Source of the DNA: Promethearchaeia archaeon
Lineage (GTDB): Archaea; Asgardarchaeota; Lokiarchaeia; Sigyniarchaeales; SOKP01
Assembly: GCA_029856145.1 (NCBI GenBank)
Contig: JAHQWK010000014.1
Coordinates: forward strand, 1 to 35,303
Direction: 5' to 3'
Length of the DNA: 35,303 bases
Both the position numbers and the translations under genes were made by a program. Under the pieces are notes generated by a model. The model was not told the origin of the DNA. It searched no databases and saw only the letters and a list, made by a program, of their open reading frames with translations. Positions 8,655 to 17,699 of this stretch are shown here, in pieces (position 1 is the stretch's first letter; each line of letters begins with the position of its first letter).

Positions 8655-9548
8655 TTGATGGTAATGGCAAAAATAGACGTAATTATTTCAGATCCGTTAT
8701 TTGCTCGGCTTCAGAAGATTTCTACATTACTCGACCTCGAATTTGATGAAGTTCTCGAATTAGTTCTTGTGGACGGAGGATACTATAGATATTGGGTTAA
8801 TATTAATAAGTTCATAGAAGATACATCTGATTTAATAGACTCACCAGATTCCACAGATAATATTTATGAAATTAAGATAGATTTAAGGCAACAATTCCAT
8901 GAACGGTTCGAAATTATAAGTGATATTGATTCCCTTGAGAGTAAGTTCAAAGAGAAATTTAGGCATTTTAAATCCGATATTGAACAGCATAGGACATTTT
9001 TAGATTTCATTGATATTCTCCATTCAGAGCAAATAATAGAAGGAGAAGAAAGAACAGAAGTCAAGGAAGAGCCTTCTGATATTCTGTCAGAGCAAGATAT
9101 TTACAGTATTCCTTCAACTGAAAATTCTTTAGCTCCAGACTCAGAGAAGTTTGTTCTTTCAGTAAAACTTTTGCCTAAGAAATATATACCCATGTTAGTG
9201 TTAATCGCAATGGCAGATTTTTTTGTTATCAAGTTAGCTCAGGTATTTTGGCCCTCATTTACTTTTTTAGATATACTTCATTATAACCCTCTTCAATTTT
9301 TCCCGTATTTCCTTTTGATCATTTTTACATCACTTCTAACAGGAGTCCTTTACCGTCATTATTATAATAGAACTAAGGCGAGTATACCAGTAAGAAGAGA
9401 GAAAAAAGAATTAAGACATTTTATTAAGAAATTCGATTCAAAAAATCCACGTACTTATTCCAAAGACCCGATAATACAGATCCATAATGATATAAAACGA
9501 CTTCAGAAACTTGAAAGGGAGTTTAGAATTAAAAGACAAAATAAATAA
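8655..9548 (+). CDS. Membrane protein with a putative N-terminal ribbon-helix-helix domain
   Basis: N-terminus AKIDVIISDPLFARLQKISTLLDLEFDEVLELVL fits the CopG/RHH strand-helix-helix pattern. Acidic linker, two hydrophobic segments (YIPMLVLIAMADFFVIKLAQVFW; FFPYFLLIIFTSLLTGVLY), basic tail. Confidence 0.6.
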   Translation: MMVMAKIDVIISDPLFARLQKISTLLDLEFDEVLELVLVDGGYYRYWVNINKFIEDTSDLIDSPDSTDNIYEIKIDLRQQFHERFEIISDIDSLESKFKEKFRHFKSDIEQHRTFLDFIDILHSEQIIEGEERTEVKEEPSDILSEQDIYSIPSTENSLAPDSEKFVLSVKLLPKKYIPMLVLIAMADFFVIKLAQVFWPSFTFLDILHYNPLQFFPYFLLIIFTSLLTGVLYRHYYNRTKASIPVRREKKELRHFIKKFDSKNPRTYSKDPIIQIHNDIKRLQKLEREFRIKRQNK

Positions 9549-9554
9549 TGGGAA

Positions 9555-12281
9555 TTGAAGAATATGTTTCAAGCTCAAGAGTTTAAAAAATTCGAGGAAA
9601 TATATCCTCTTGTAGTAGATTTGGACTCCCTCTGGGAAACTTCTCAGTTTAAGAAAATTCCAAAAATATTGGAGAAATTACTTGGTTATGGAAGTGATAT
9701 GAAATATCGTGTTCCAGTATCTTATATCTTTAGTATTGTCGCTGAACATGATAGCTCATTGCTTCCCCATGAAATCATTGAGAAATGTAAAGGATGGCTA
9801 ACTTCTAACAATGAATCTTTACGATTAAATTCTATAGCTATCATCGGTTCCTATCTTGTAAAAGAAAAAGACAACAAAGAAACTTTTGAGCCTACATTTT
9901 CAATTTTTATAAACTTACTGAAAGATCAATCGTCTGATATTAGAAATAATGTTATTTTTTTTCTTGATCAATTATCAAGTGAAATCGATTTTTATCACCA
10001 TCTTAGTTTGTTTTTACAAGTGTTACATATTGAAAGGACCCCACGCAATATTTTATCACTATTTAAATTTATCTCTTCTCGTGATGAGTTGACATTTCAC
10101 GAACTACAAAATTTACGTGAAATATTAATCCAAGTGGTAAAGAAATCTTTTTCTGATTCACAGAAATTTCGTATTAGCCTCAAATCCACCATTTCCAAGT
10201 TTTATCCCGGATTATCACGAATTGATTTTCCCACTATCACCCCTAATGACTTAATATCTGCTTTACAAGAACAAATTATTATCATTCGGCACGAATTTCC
10301 AGCACCTGAGACTCCATTCGAAGAAGAAATCACTAAGCACTTTAATTCGGTTATTAAAAAACATAGACAGACCGATGATAGGGTCAAATACATGATTTCC
10401 TTTTCCCTCAGAATGAAAGACATGTTATTCATTTACACTTTCGAGAAAAGACCTCTTATCAGCTTTTTTAATCAGCCTTATCCTATTAAACCCTCTGAAA
10501 TCGACACTCAATTCTCTTATTTTATTACGGAAGATGAAGAATTGAGAGCAGTGATTTCATATCTCTTAAAATCTAGATTTATCAATGGATATTTTTCCCC
10601 TTTAGGTGTTTTTTATCCTGAACAATATTTAAGATCTTTAGTTTTATCAGAATTAGAAAATACAGGAAAGATTGATGTGAACAGTTTCACCCATCTTCCA
10701 TTTCACATTGTTGAAAGGATACTAAAATCACTTAACAATATCATATTGCTCGAAGCCAAAAAGTTGGGTACATATTATTCTTCCCCCCATATTTATGAGA
10801 CTATAAACGAATTAGCAAAAAGGAATAGTTCTATTAATTTAAGAGAATATCGGAAAAGTTTATCCCCTTCAAGTTATTTTACTTTGATTCAAAACCTTCC
10901 ATCTAATTATTTCTCACAGTACCATGAGACGTCCCATTTTCTTACCAATATTGGTTTAAACAGAATCCTTAATGAGATTACACACTCACAATCAATCGGA
11001 TTTTACAGTATTTCAAAAATGAGCGCCCAATTCAATATCAATATTAAGCTGGTGAAAAAAGTCTTAGACGATATTGTTGATAAACGGAGTGGAATATATA
11101 ATACTTCAGGTGATACATTTTATTATACCCATTTCATCGAGAAAAAAATCAAATCAATTACCAAAGAAAAAGATAAGACTCAAGAGACAATCCAATCGAT
11201 AGCAAATGAATTGAATATTCATCAATTCCACATTGCTCAAACCTTAGAGGCTCATCAACATTCCATTGAAGAAGAGATCAAACAACAGGATAAAATTTCG
11301 ATTAAGAGATATTTGGATATCACGGGATTGAACTATAATGAATTCATGGACTTTATCGACTCATTAGACATTGATTATCTACGTCAAGGGATTTGGATCA
11401 TATTTGATGCAGAAAAAATTGAGAAGGCAAAAGAAGAAATAAAGACCACTCTATTAGACCAAGCTCAACGGATTAACCAAATTATTCTCACTTCACAGAA
11501 TTTTAGGATAACCTACAAGCTTATTTTTAGTATCGCTCAAGAACTCTACAATAATGGTGATTTAGAAGGCATTTTCTATAAGGGTGATAGAAGAACGTTG
11601 TTTTACACTCCCAAAGGCATTATCAACCTCATTAAAAAACATCAAATTCATTTTTCATATTCTGATCTGTTTCCAGGGAAAGAATTATCAGAAAAAGATA
11701 TTGAACTTATCACCAGCCTTATCAAGAAATTACTTACCAATAAAAAATTAAAAGGAGAATTCGATGAAGAAGGACGCAAATTCTCCAGCTATGATACGAT
11801 TTATGCCCGGAATACTGAAGACTTAATACGCCGATTTAAAGATATAATTTCAGAATATTTTAAAAAATTTGAAAAAACACACCTAGAAATTAAAAAGATT
11901 CTACTAAAGGAAGAAGAAGTTATTCGCCCTCAAATTGTTTCGACCATCACAAAAATTATTAACAACATCCAATCATATTTCATGTTTTGGGGCAGTGAGA
12001 TAGACAAAAATTTGTACAAAGCCAATAAAGTCCTCAATAAAATATACCCCAAACCAGAAAAAAAGGAAGATCAGAAGAACCAGAAAAAATTTAAACTCCA
12101 GGATGAACCTCTAATTCAAGAGCTATTAACAATATTTGACGGATGGACGAGCTTGTTTAATACTCTGGAGCAAAAATTTAAAAGTGTAATATTCCACCAA
12201 AAACAGCTGAAACGTGAGCCAAATAGTCTTGAGAGCAAACGAGCATTATATGAACTATTAAATGAATTAAGGATGAATTAG
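9555..12281 (+). CDS. Large HEAT-repeat plus tandem winged-helix (UFL1/PCI-like) protein
   Basis: HEAT-like WLTSNNESLRLNSIAIIG and NLLKDQSSDIRNNVIFFL. Repeated wing motifs INGYFSPLGVFYP, SGIYNTSGDTFYY, LEGIFYKGDRRTLFYT, LKGEFDEEGRKF. Helical C-terminus. Confidence 0.6.
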   Translation: MKNMFQAQEFKKFEEIYPLVVDLDSLWETSQFKKIPKILEKLLGYGSDMKYRVPVSYIFSIVAEHDSSLLPHEIIEKCKGWLTSNNESLRLNSIAIIGSYLVKEKDNKETFEPTFSIFINLLKDQSSDIRNNVIFFLDQLSSEIDFYHHLSLFLQVLHIERTPRNILSLFKFISSRDELTFHELQNLREILIQVVKKSFSDSQKFRISLKSTISKFYPGLSRIDFPTITPNDLISALQEQIIIIRHEFPAPETPFEEEITKHFNSVIKKHRQTDDRVKYMISFSLRMKDMLFIYTFEKRPLISFFNQPYPIKPSEIDTQFSYFITEDEELRAVISYLLKSRFINGYFSPLGVFYPEQYLRSLVLSELENTGKIDVNSFTHLPFHIVERILKSLNNIILLEAKKLGTYYSSPHIYETINELAKRNSSINLREYRKSLSPSSYFTLIQNLPSNYFSQYHETSHFLTNIGLNRILNEITHSQSIGFYSISKMSAQFNINIKLVKKVLDDIVDKRSGIYNTSGDTFYYTHFIEKKIKSITKEKDKTQETIQSIANELNIHQFHIAQTLEAHQHSIEEEIKQQDKISIKRYLDITGLNYNEFMDFIDSLDIDYLRQGIWIIFDAEKIEKAKEEIKTTLLDQAQRINQIILTSQNFRITYKLIFSIAQELYNNGDLEGIFYKGDRRTLFYTPKGIINLIKKHQIHFSYSDLFPGKELSEKDIELITSLIKKLLTNKKLKGEFDEEGRKFSSYDTIYARNTEDLIRRFKDIISEYFKKFEKTHLEIKKILLKEEEVIRPQIVSTITKIINNIQSYFMFWGSEIDKNLYKANKVLNKIYPKPEKKEDQKNQKKFKLQDEPLIQELLTIFDGWTSLFNTLEQKFKSVIFHQKQLKREPNSLESKRALYELLNELRMN

Positions 12282-12500
12282 AAATTTATTAATTCACCTT
12301 TAGTTTGATATTATTATATTATATTTTTTCTATTTAAGGGAAAAATTTCTTTTTCTATAGTTGAAATTATTAATCTTTTTACCTCTATTCTTATAAAATT
12401 AGAGATTTCTTCTTAAAATCCTAGAATTAAAGATTTTTTCTTTAAATAATCTCAAAAGATAGATAGTCCAACTCAATATAAATTATAAGAAGGTAGTAAT

Positions 12501-14363
12501 GTGGCTTCCGATAAAGATTTTGCAGTAGACAGGAACCCAACTCAGGACCCTCGAATAAATCCTGTAAGAGAGACTGAATCGAAAAGGAGAGAGCGTTATA
12601 TACAGACTAAATTCCGAGAAGATGTAAGACATATTACAAGGTTTTTACATACTGATATCACTAAATTTCGATTAGGAAACCCAATTATTAAGGAATTTAT
12701 GTGGAATTTCCAAGCTACATTTAATACCACGCATCTTCAATCTATCTCATATTTTCTTACCACAATAGGTTTTAAAGAAAAAGTGGAGGAAAATATGCCG
12801 GGTTTAACTGTGTTTCGCTATCCTCTCCCCATTGAAGGGCAATCCATCCATGTAAAAATTACGGAGCAAACAAGTAGAATTATAATCCATGCTCATATGG
12901 ACAAAAAGATACACACAGAACATGAACATAATGATTTTACCACATATCTTTTATCTGAATTAGGGAAATTCTTGCAAAATATTTATGAACCTTTATTTAT
13001 GAGACGTCAGATGAAGCTAACCCCTCAGTGGTTAAGGGACACAGAGATTCAAGAACCCCTAAAAGAACAAATTAACGCTGAAATCACCTCAGATACTGAT
13101 GTTCAGCTTATCAAAAAAATTAAATCTCAGTTTACACAGAATATTCCTGAGATTAAAGCCAAGTGTTTAGGTGAGTCAATGTCAAGAAATAGATTAATCC
13201 CAACAGGGAGGATACGCGAGATAGCATATCAACTTGTTACCTCTAATTTAGAGCAGGATGAAATCCAAAATTTGAGACATGTTGAATTGAATTTAAAGAT
13301 TTTTCTTGCAGACAAAATTGATATAATATATTCTGATTTAAAGAAGATCTATATGCAAGAAAAGAATAAGAACCCCCCACCCCCTCGTAGGCAGTTTTTT
13401 CCTAAAGAATACGTTAAAAGAAGCGAAATACTAAAGGCATCCACACCAGAAGTACCAGCCCCTCTACCTCAAAAACTTGACAAGATACCAAAAGAAGTTC
13501 TAACCGAAAAAATAGTAGAGAAAAGACAAATTACCCCTGAAAGCGTTTTAGAAAGAGCTGAAGAAATAGTAGAACCTCAGGGTTGGGGCTATTATGACGA
13601 GGAGGAGGAATTTAGAGAATATATAGATTCTGAAGTTACTGAAAGTATATTGATAGAGGATTCACTTACTCCTCGTAGTATACAAGAACATCCTAACATG
13701 ATTAGTAGCAGACCTTCCGAGATGGAGCAATCTTTGGCCCAACAGCCTCAGAGCGTGAGAGTGTCGTCTGTTCTGGAAGAAATTATTCATAATGAATTTG
13801 AAAAGATCTATCAGAAAGCTATAAGAGATATGGATTATCAAGTATTATTAATTGATATCATAAGAATAATACCCCCAAGGGTTAACGCTCGAATTGACCA
13901 GTATAACAATATTACGGCTCAGACATACAGATCCCAATTTGAGTATTATATGAAAAAACAATTTAATACAGATCTTACAGAGCTCCAGAATGTTGTAAGC
14001 TCTGAACGTAAAAGACTAAGAAAAAGAGCTTCTATAATCTCTCCAATTAGGAAAGTAGCGATCTCCTTCTTGTGGTGTTTATGCACAGTTGCTGCTTTTT
14101 ATTTCTTATTTTATCTCCTACATATCCAGTGGCTTCCCTATGAGGATCTTTACCGATTTTTCCCAATACAATGCACTCTATTTCTATTATGTGCATTTTT
14201 ATATGGGACAGATCTATGTACACTTATTATAGTGGGATATAGGGCAATTAGAGGGCGTGAATTAACAAAAACAGAAGAGGGGTTAGGTGCGGTAGGAACA
14301 TTATTTTGTATTAGTAGTATCGCAGTTATTTGCAACTTTTGCTTCTTGTTTTTTCTGCTATAA
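12501..14363 (+). CDS. Hypothetical membrane protein with a large soluble N-terminal region and about three C-terminal TM helices
   Basis: 620-aa ORF, GTG start after AGAAGGT. His cluster IHVK...HAHMDKKIHTEHEH, Pro/Glu-rich low-complexity middle, Cys-rich hydrophobic C-terminal helices. Confidence 0.7.
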   Translation: MASDKDFAVDRNPTQDPRINPVRETESKRRERYIQTKFREDVRHITRFLHTDITKFRLGNPIIKEFMWNFQATFNTTHLQSISYFLTTIGFKEKVEENMPGLTVFRYPLPIEGQSIHVKITEQTSRIIIHAHMDKKIHTEHEHNDFTTYLLSELGKFLQNIYEPLFMRRQMKLTPQWLRDTEIQEPLKEQINAEITSDTDVQLIKKIKSQFTQNIPEIKAKCLGESMSRNRLIPTGRIREIAYQLVTSNLEQDEIQNLRHVELNLKIFLADKIDIIYSDLKKIYMQEKNKNPPPPRRQFFPKEYVKRSEILKASTPEVPAPLPQKLDKIPKEVLTEKIVEKRQITPESVLERAEEIVEPQGWGYYDEEEEFREYIDSEVTESILIEDSLTPRSIQEHPNMISSRPSEMEQSLAQQPQSVRVSSVLEEIIHNEFEKIYQKAIRDMDYQVLLIDIIRIIPPRVNARIDQYNNITAQTYRSQFEYYMKKQFNTDLTELQNVVSSERKRLRKRASIISPIRKVAISFLWCLCTVAAFYFLFYLLHIQWLPYEDLYRFFPIQCTLFLLCAFLYGTDLCTLIIVGYRAIRGRELTKTEEGLGAVGTLFCISSIAVICNFCFLFFLL

Positions 14364-14578
14364 CTACTTTTTCCTTAAGATGACTTTGTACTTTTTATGT
14401 CATTTTATAAAGATTTAATACAAACAAGAATTTGTTTTAATTCAGTCCTTGATGTATCTCTAGCTGAATTGAATGATTTAAGCATTCTTGACATTTCCTC
14501 ACTCAATTCATTAAGATCTATATAATTATTTTTCTCAATTATCTTCAATTTAAAATATTATTCTTATAATTATTTCAT

Positions 14579-15058
14579 TTAACTTGGGAATTCATAAATA
14601 ACAATTTCCACATGTGATAAGTGCTTAAATTTTGCTGTACTACGTCCACGAGCACGTGGAATGTATCTTTTTATTATTCTTCCCCTATGTGTTGCAGCAT
14701 GAATGATTCTACAGAGATCAATGTCTAAACCTTTATATTCTGCATTTGATTCTACAGATGTGAGAATTTCATATATTCTAGCAGCTGCTTTTTGAGGATA
14801 CCGTCCAGCATACCATTTAAATTGCTTTAAATCGTGTCTATGAGCAGCTTTTTTCTTATGTCGTCTAAAAGGTACTGATTGTTCTAAACGAATTACTTTC
14901 TCTAAATAAGTTTTTGCTTGATCTACTTTCATTCCTTTTATTACAGCACAAATTTCCCTTGCTGGTTTTGGTTTAATTCTGATATCTCGACCTGATGCTT
15001 TTGCTAATCTTTCTGTATCATACTTTTGTTCTGTAAAAGAATAACCCCACGTTGGCAC
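14579..15058 (-). CDS. rpl22: 50S ribosomal protein uL22, archaeal type
   Basis: AKASGRDIRIKPK, VPFRRHKKK, AGRYPQKAA, NAEYKGLD, YIPRARGR, HVEIV. Confidence 0.97.
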   Translation of the reverse strand: MPTWGYSFTEQKYDTERLAKASGRDIRIKPKPAREICAVIKGMKVDQAKTYLEKVIRLEQSVPFRRHKKKAAHRHDLKQFKWYAGRYPQKAAARIYEILTSVESNAEYKGLDIDLCRIIHAATHRGRIIKRYIPRARGRSTAKFKHLSHVEIVIYEFPS

Positions 15059-15084
15059 TTATTATCAACTCACATAAATTATCT

Positions 15085-15660
15085 TTATTTTAATGGAACA
15101 TACTTTGAACTTCTTGTGGCTCCAATCCCTGGTGACCCATGCTGTACTCGTCTTCTTGTAAGAGAAAATTCCCCAAGATAGTGTCCAATCATCTCAGATT
15201 TTACTTCGACTATTTCAAAGATTCTACCGTTATATACACCTATTTTAAGACCGACCATTTCAGGAAATATTATCATATCTCTTACATGAGTTCTCGTGAG
15301 TAAATCCTTACCTCTCTTTTTAGCTCGATATGCTCGTCTTAACCTTTCGAGTAATTTCTTTTGTCTAGGAGGTAAACCTCGTTTTAACGATCGTCTTGCT
15401 CTAGCGGGTAATAATTGTATGAATTGATCCATATTCATTTTCTTCAATTCTTCAAGAGTATACCCTCTATACTTGAATCTTAGTCTATCTAACTCTGCTT
15501 TTGTATCTAGCTCTCCTTCTTCTATAGAATCTTCTTTAATTTCAGCCTTAGTTTCTGTTTCAGTCTCTTTCTCTGAATCTGAATCTTTTTCTAAATCACT
15601 CTGAAGTTCTTCTTCCCTTTCTTCTGATTTTTTTTCATCAGATTGTTCATCCGGAGCCAT
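15085..15660 (-). CDS. rps19: 30S ribosomal protein uS19, archaeal type, with an acidic N-terminal extension
   Basis: [66 protein letters not shown]. Confidence 0.97.
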   Translation of the reverse strand: MAPDEQSDEKKSEEREEELQSDLEKDSDSEKETETETKAEIKEDSIEEGELDTKAELDRLRFKYRGYTLEELKKMNMDQFIQLLPARARRSLKRGLPPRQKKLLERLRRAYRAKKRGKDLLTRTHVRDMIIFPEMVGLKIGVYNGRIFEIVEVKSEMIGHYLGEFSLTRRRVQHGSPGIGATRSSKYVPLK

Positions 15661-15808
15661 TTTTCAACCAATCTGTTTATTCCATTTATATTATTCTGTA
15701 AATTTTTTCTTATCTAATATATTACGGTAAGGTTTTTAGTGTTGTATTGAATTTTAACTTTTAGGTTAAGTTAGCAAAAATCATAAAACTTATAAGTGTT
15801 AGATGAAG

Positions 15809-16483
15809 TTAAATATAGTGATTTGGATTGAAAACTCGTCTTATGTCATTCTCATCAAACATTCCATTCCATTTTTCTTTTATAATCACAAATTTATCTT
15901 CTTCTTTATTAGGGTTAATAACAGAATGGTATGTATTTATTGGATTATGAAACATTGTTCCAGTTTTTACAAAATAATGTATTTTATTCTTATTGATAAC
16001 AATGGGTTTTCCCTTAAGAATTTCCCAAGCTTCATTTCTGTATTTATGAATTTGTATTGAAAGTCCAAATTCTGGTCTAATAAAAATTAAATTATATTCT
16101 GGATAAGTAAATTTAAAACTATACCACTTAGGAAGTGTATCAATATATCCTTCAGGTATATTATATCTTTTTTTAAAAAATTCTGGATTAAAGTCAACCT
16201 TCTCTGTAAATTCATACTTATAAGGATCATAAATTACTTCGTGGTTAGAAATATCTTGATTATATTTAATGTTTAATCCATCTTTTCCGTTATTTAACAC
16301 CATATAATAAGAATTCGGTTTGATTACTAAATCTGAATTTGAAATTCCCTCAGTAATAAATGAATTTCCATTGATTAGGAAAATATCCTGCAATTTATTC
16401 TTATTTATCTCAATCCTTAATCGCCGAGAATCATTTTTTCTTAATAATGTGCCTTTTCGAGTAGGAATATTTTCTTGGCTCAA
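15809..16483 (-). CDS. Cupin-domain protein, C-terminal domain like type II mannose-6-phosphate isomerase
   Basis: GLSIQIHKYRNEAWEILKG and NPINTYHSVIN resemble the LSLQxH-x3-ExW and P-x4-H cupin motifs. 23 bp downstream of ribokinase. Confidence 0.7.
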   Translation of the reverse strand: MSQENIPTRKGTLLRKNDSRRLRIEINKNKLQDIFLINGNSFITEGISNSDLVIKPNSYYMVLNNGKDGLNIKYNQDISNHEVIYDPYKYEFTEKVDFNPEFFKKRYNIPEGYIDTLPKWYSFKFTYPEYNLIFIRPEFGLSIQIHKYRNEAWEILKGKPIVINKNKIHYFVKTGTMFHNPINTYHSVINPNKEEDKFVIIKEKWNGMFDENDIRRVFNPNHYI

Positions 16484-16506
16484 ATTAATTACTCCCTTTA
16501 ATTATC

Positions 16507-17466
16507 TTATATCTTTAACTTATTAAATTTGCCTTTAATTTCGTTTAAGACTGGCATTGATTCTTGAGCTCCTTTTCTAGTAACTGCAATTGAGGCGGCT
16601 ATAGTGGCAAGTTTAACAGCATTTAAAATTGTTTCACCTTTAGTTAACATACTTGCTAAAACTCCAATAAAACAATCACCGGCTCCTACCGTATCTACAG
16701 CTTTAACTTTAGGAGAAGATATTTCGAAAAATTCATTCTCTTTGCCTTGAAATATTAAACAACCTTTTTTTCCTAATGTAGTTATGATATATCTTATCCC
16801 TAAACTAGAAATATCTCTTGCTGCTTGTATGATCTTCTGTTTCCCTTCTTTAGTTATTTTTTCAAAATCTAAAAGTGAATGCAATCTATAAAGTTCACCT
16901 TCATTGGGGATAATGATATCCACATTCTTAAAAACATCAATTGGAATCGGTTTCAACGGAGCTGGATTTAAAATCTTAATAGCTTTTCCTTTAGAAGCTA
17001 TTGTAAATATTTGTTGAATTGTGTCAATTGGAATCTCCATCTGAACAACGATTGTCTTTGCATTTTTTATAATCTCTTTTCTATTATTTATATCTTCAGA
17101 ATTTAGTGTTGAGTTAGCACCAGGTGCTACACTTATCATATTTTCTCCATTTTCATCTATTAATATAAAGGCTACTCCACTAGGGTTCTGAGAGTCTCTG
17201 ACAACAAAATCCATATTTATACCTTCATCTTTTAATCGAGAAATCATTTGATCCCCAAATAAATCAATTCCAATCTTTCCTATAAAAATAGTCTTAGCTC
17301 CCGATCTAACTGATGCAACTGCTTGATTGGCTCCTTTTCCTCCCAAAAATTGCTTAAAAATTCCCCCTGTAACTGTTTCTCCAGGATTAGGAAAACGTTG
17401 AGAATAAATATTTAGGTCCATATTACTAGAACCAATTATCAGTACATATTCAGCTTCCTTAGTCAT
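16507..17466 (-). CDS. rbsK: Ribokinase (PfkB family)
   Basis: GSSNMDL, PNPGETV, GGKGANQAVA, GENMISVAPGAN, LNPAP, PNEGE, DTVGAGDCF. Confidence 0.95.
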   Translation of the reverse strand: MTKEAEYVLIIGSSNMDLNIYSQRFPNPGETVTGGIFKQFLGGKGANQAVASVRSGAKTIFIGKIGIDLFGDQMISRLKDEGINMDFVVRDSQNPSGVAFILIDENGENMISVAPGANSTLNSEDINNRKEIIKNAKTIVVQMEIPIDTIQQIFTIASKGKAIKILNPAPLKPIPIDVFKNVDIIIPNEGELYRLHSLLDFEKITKEGKQKIIQAARDISSLGIRYIITTLGKKGCLIFQGKENEFFEISSPKVKAVDTVGAGDCFIGVLASMLTKGETILNAVKLATIAASIAVTRKGAQESMPVLNEIKGKFNKLKI

Positions 17467-17699
17467 AAAAATGTCACTAAATTTTAACTATTTTTATGCG
17501 TTTAATATATATTTTCTATTTATGGATCATCATAATATTTTGTTTTCGATCAACTATATACTATACTCAATAGAATGGTTTTAATTCAATAATCTTTTAA
17601 AAATAATAGTAATATAAAATTTATTAACAAAACTTTTGTTTAAATTTAATCTAAATTTAATGAATTAAAAATTAAAAAAAATTAAGGAGTTGAACTACA

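Noticed and set aside
6670-14363. Calling the block a provirus or integrated plasmid
   Set aside because: No integrase, capsid, packaging ATPase or replication protein was recognised, and no matching repeat was found at the right border. Kept only as a hypothesis.
14405-14548. 47-aa minus-strand ORF (TTG start, LKIIEKNNYIDLNELSEEM...) downstream of rpl22
   Set aside because: Short, with no RBS and no resemblance to uS3 or uL29. It may be a gene remnant but cannot be supported.
9555-15058. Functional link between the UFL1-like gene and neighbouring uL22 (ribosome exit tunnel)
   Set aside because: The genes are convergent and separated by another ORF; adjacency alone is not evidence.
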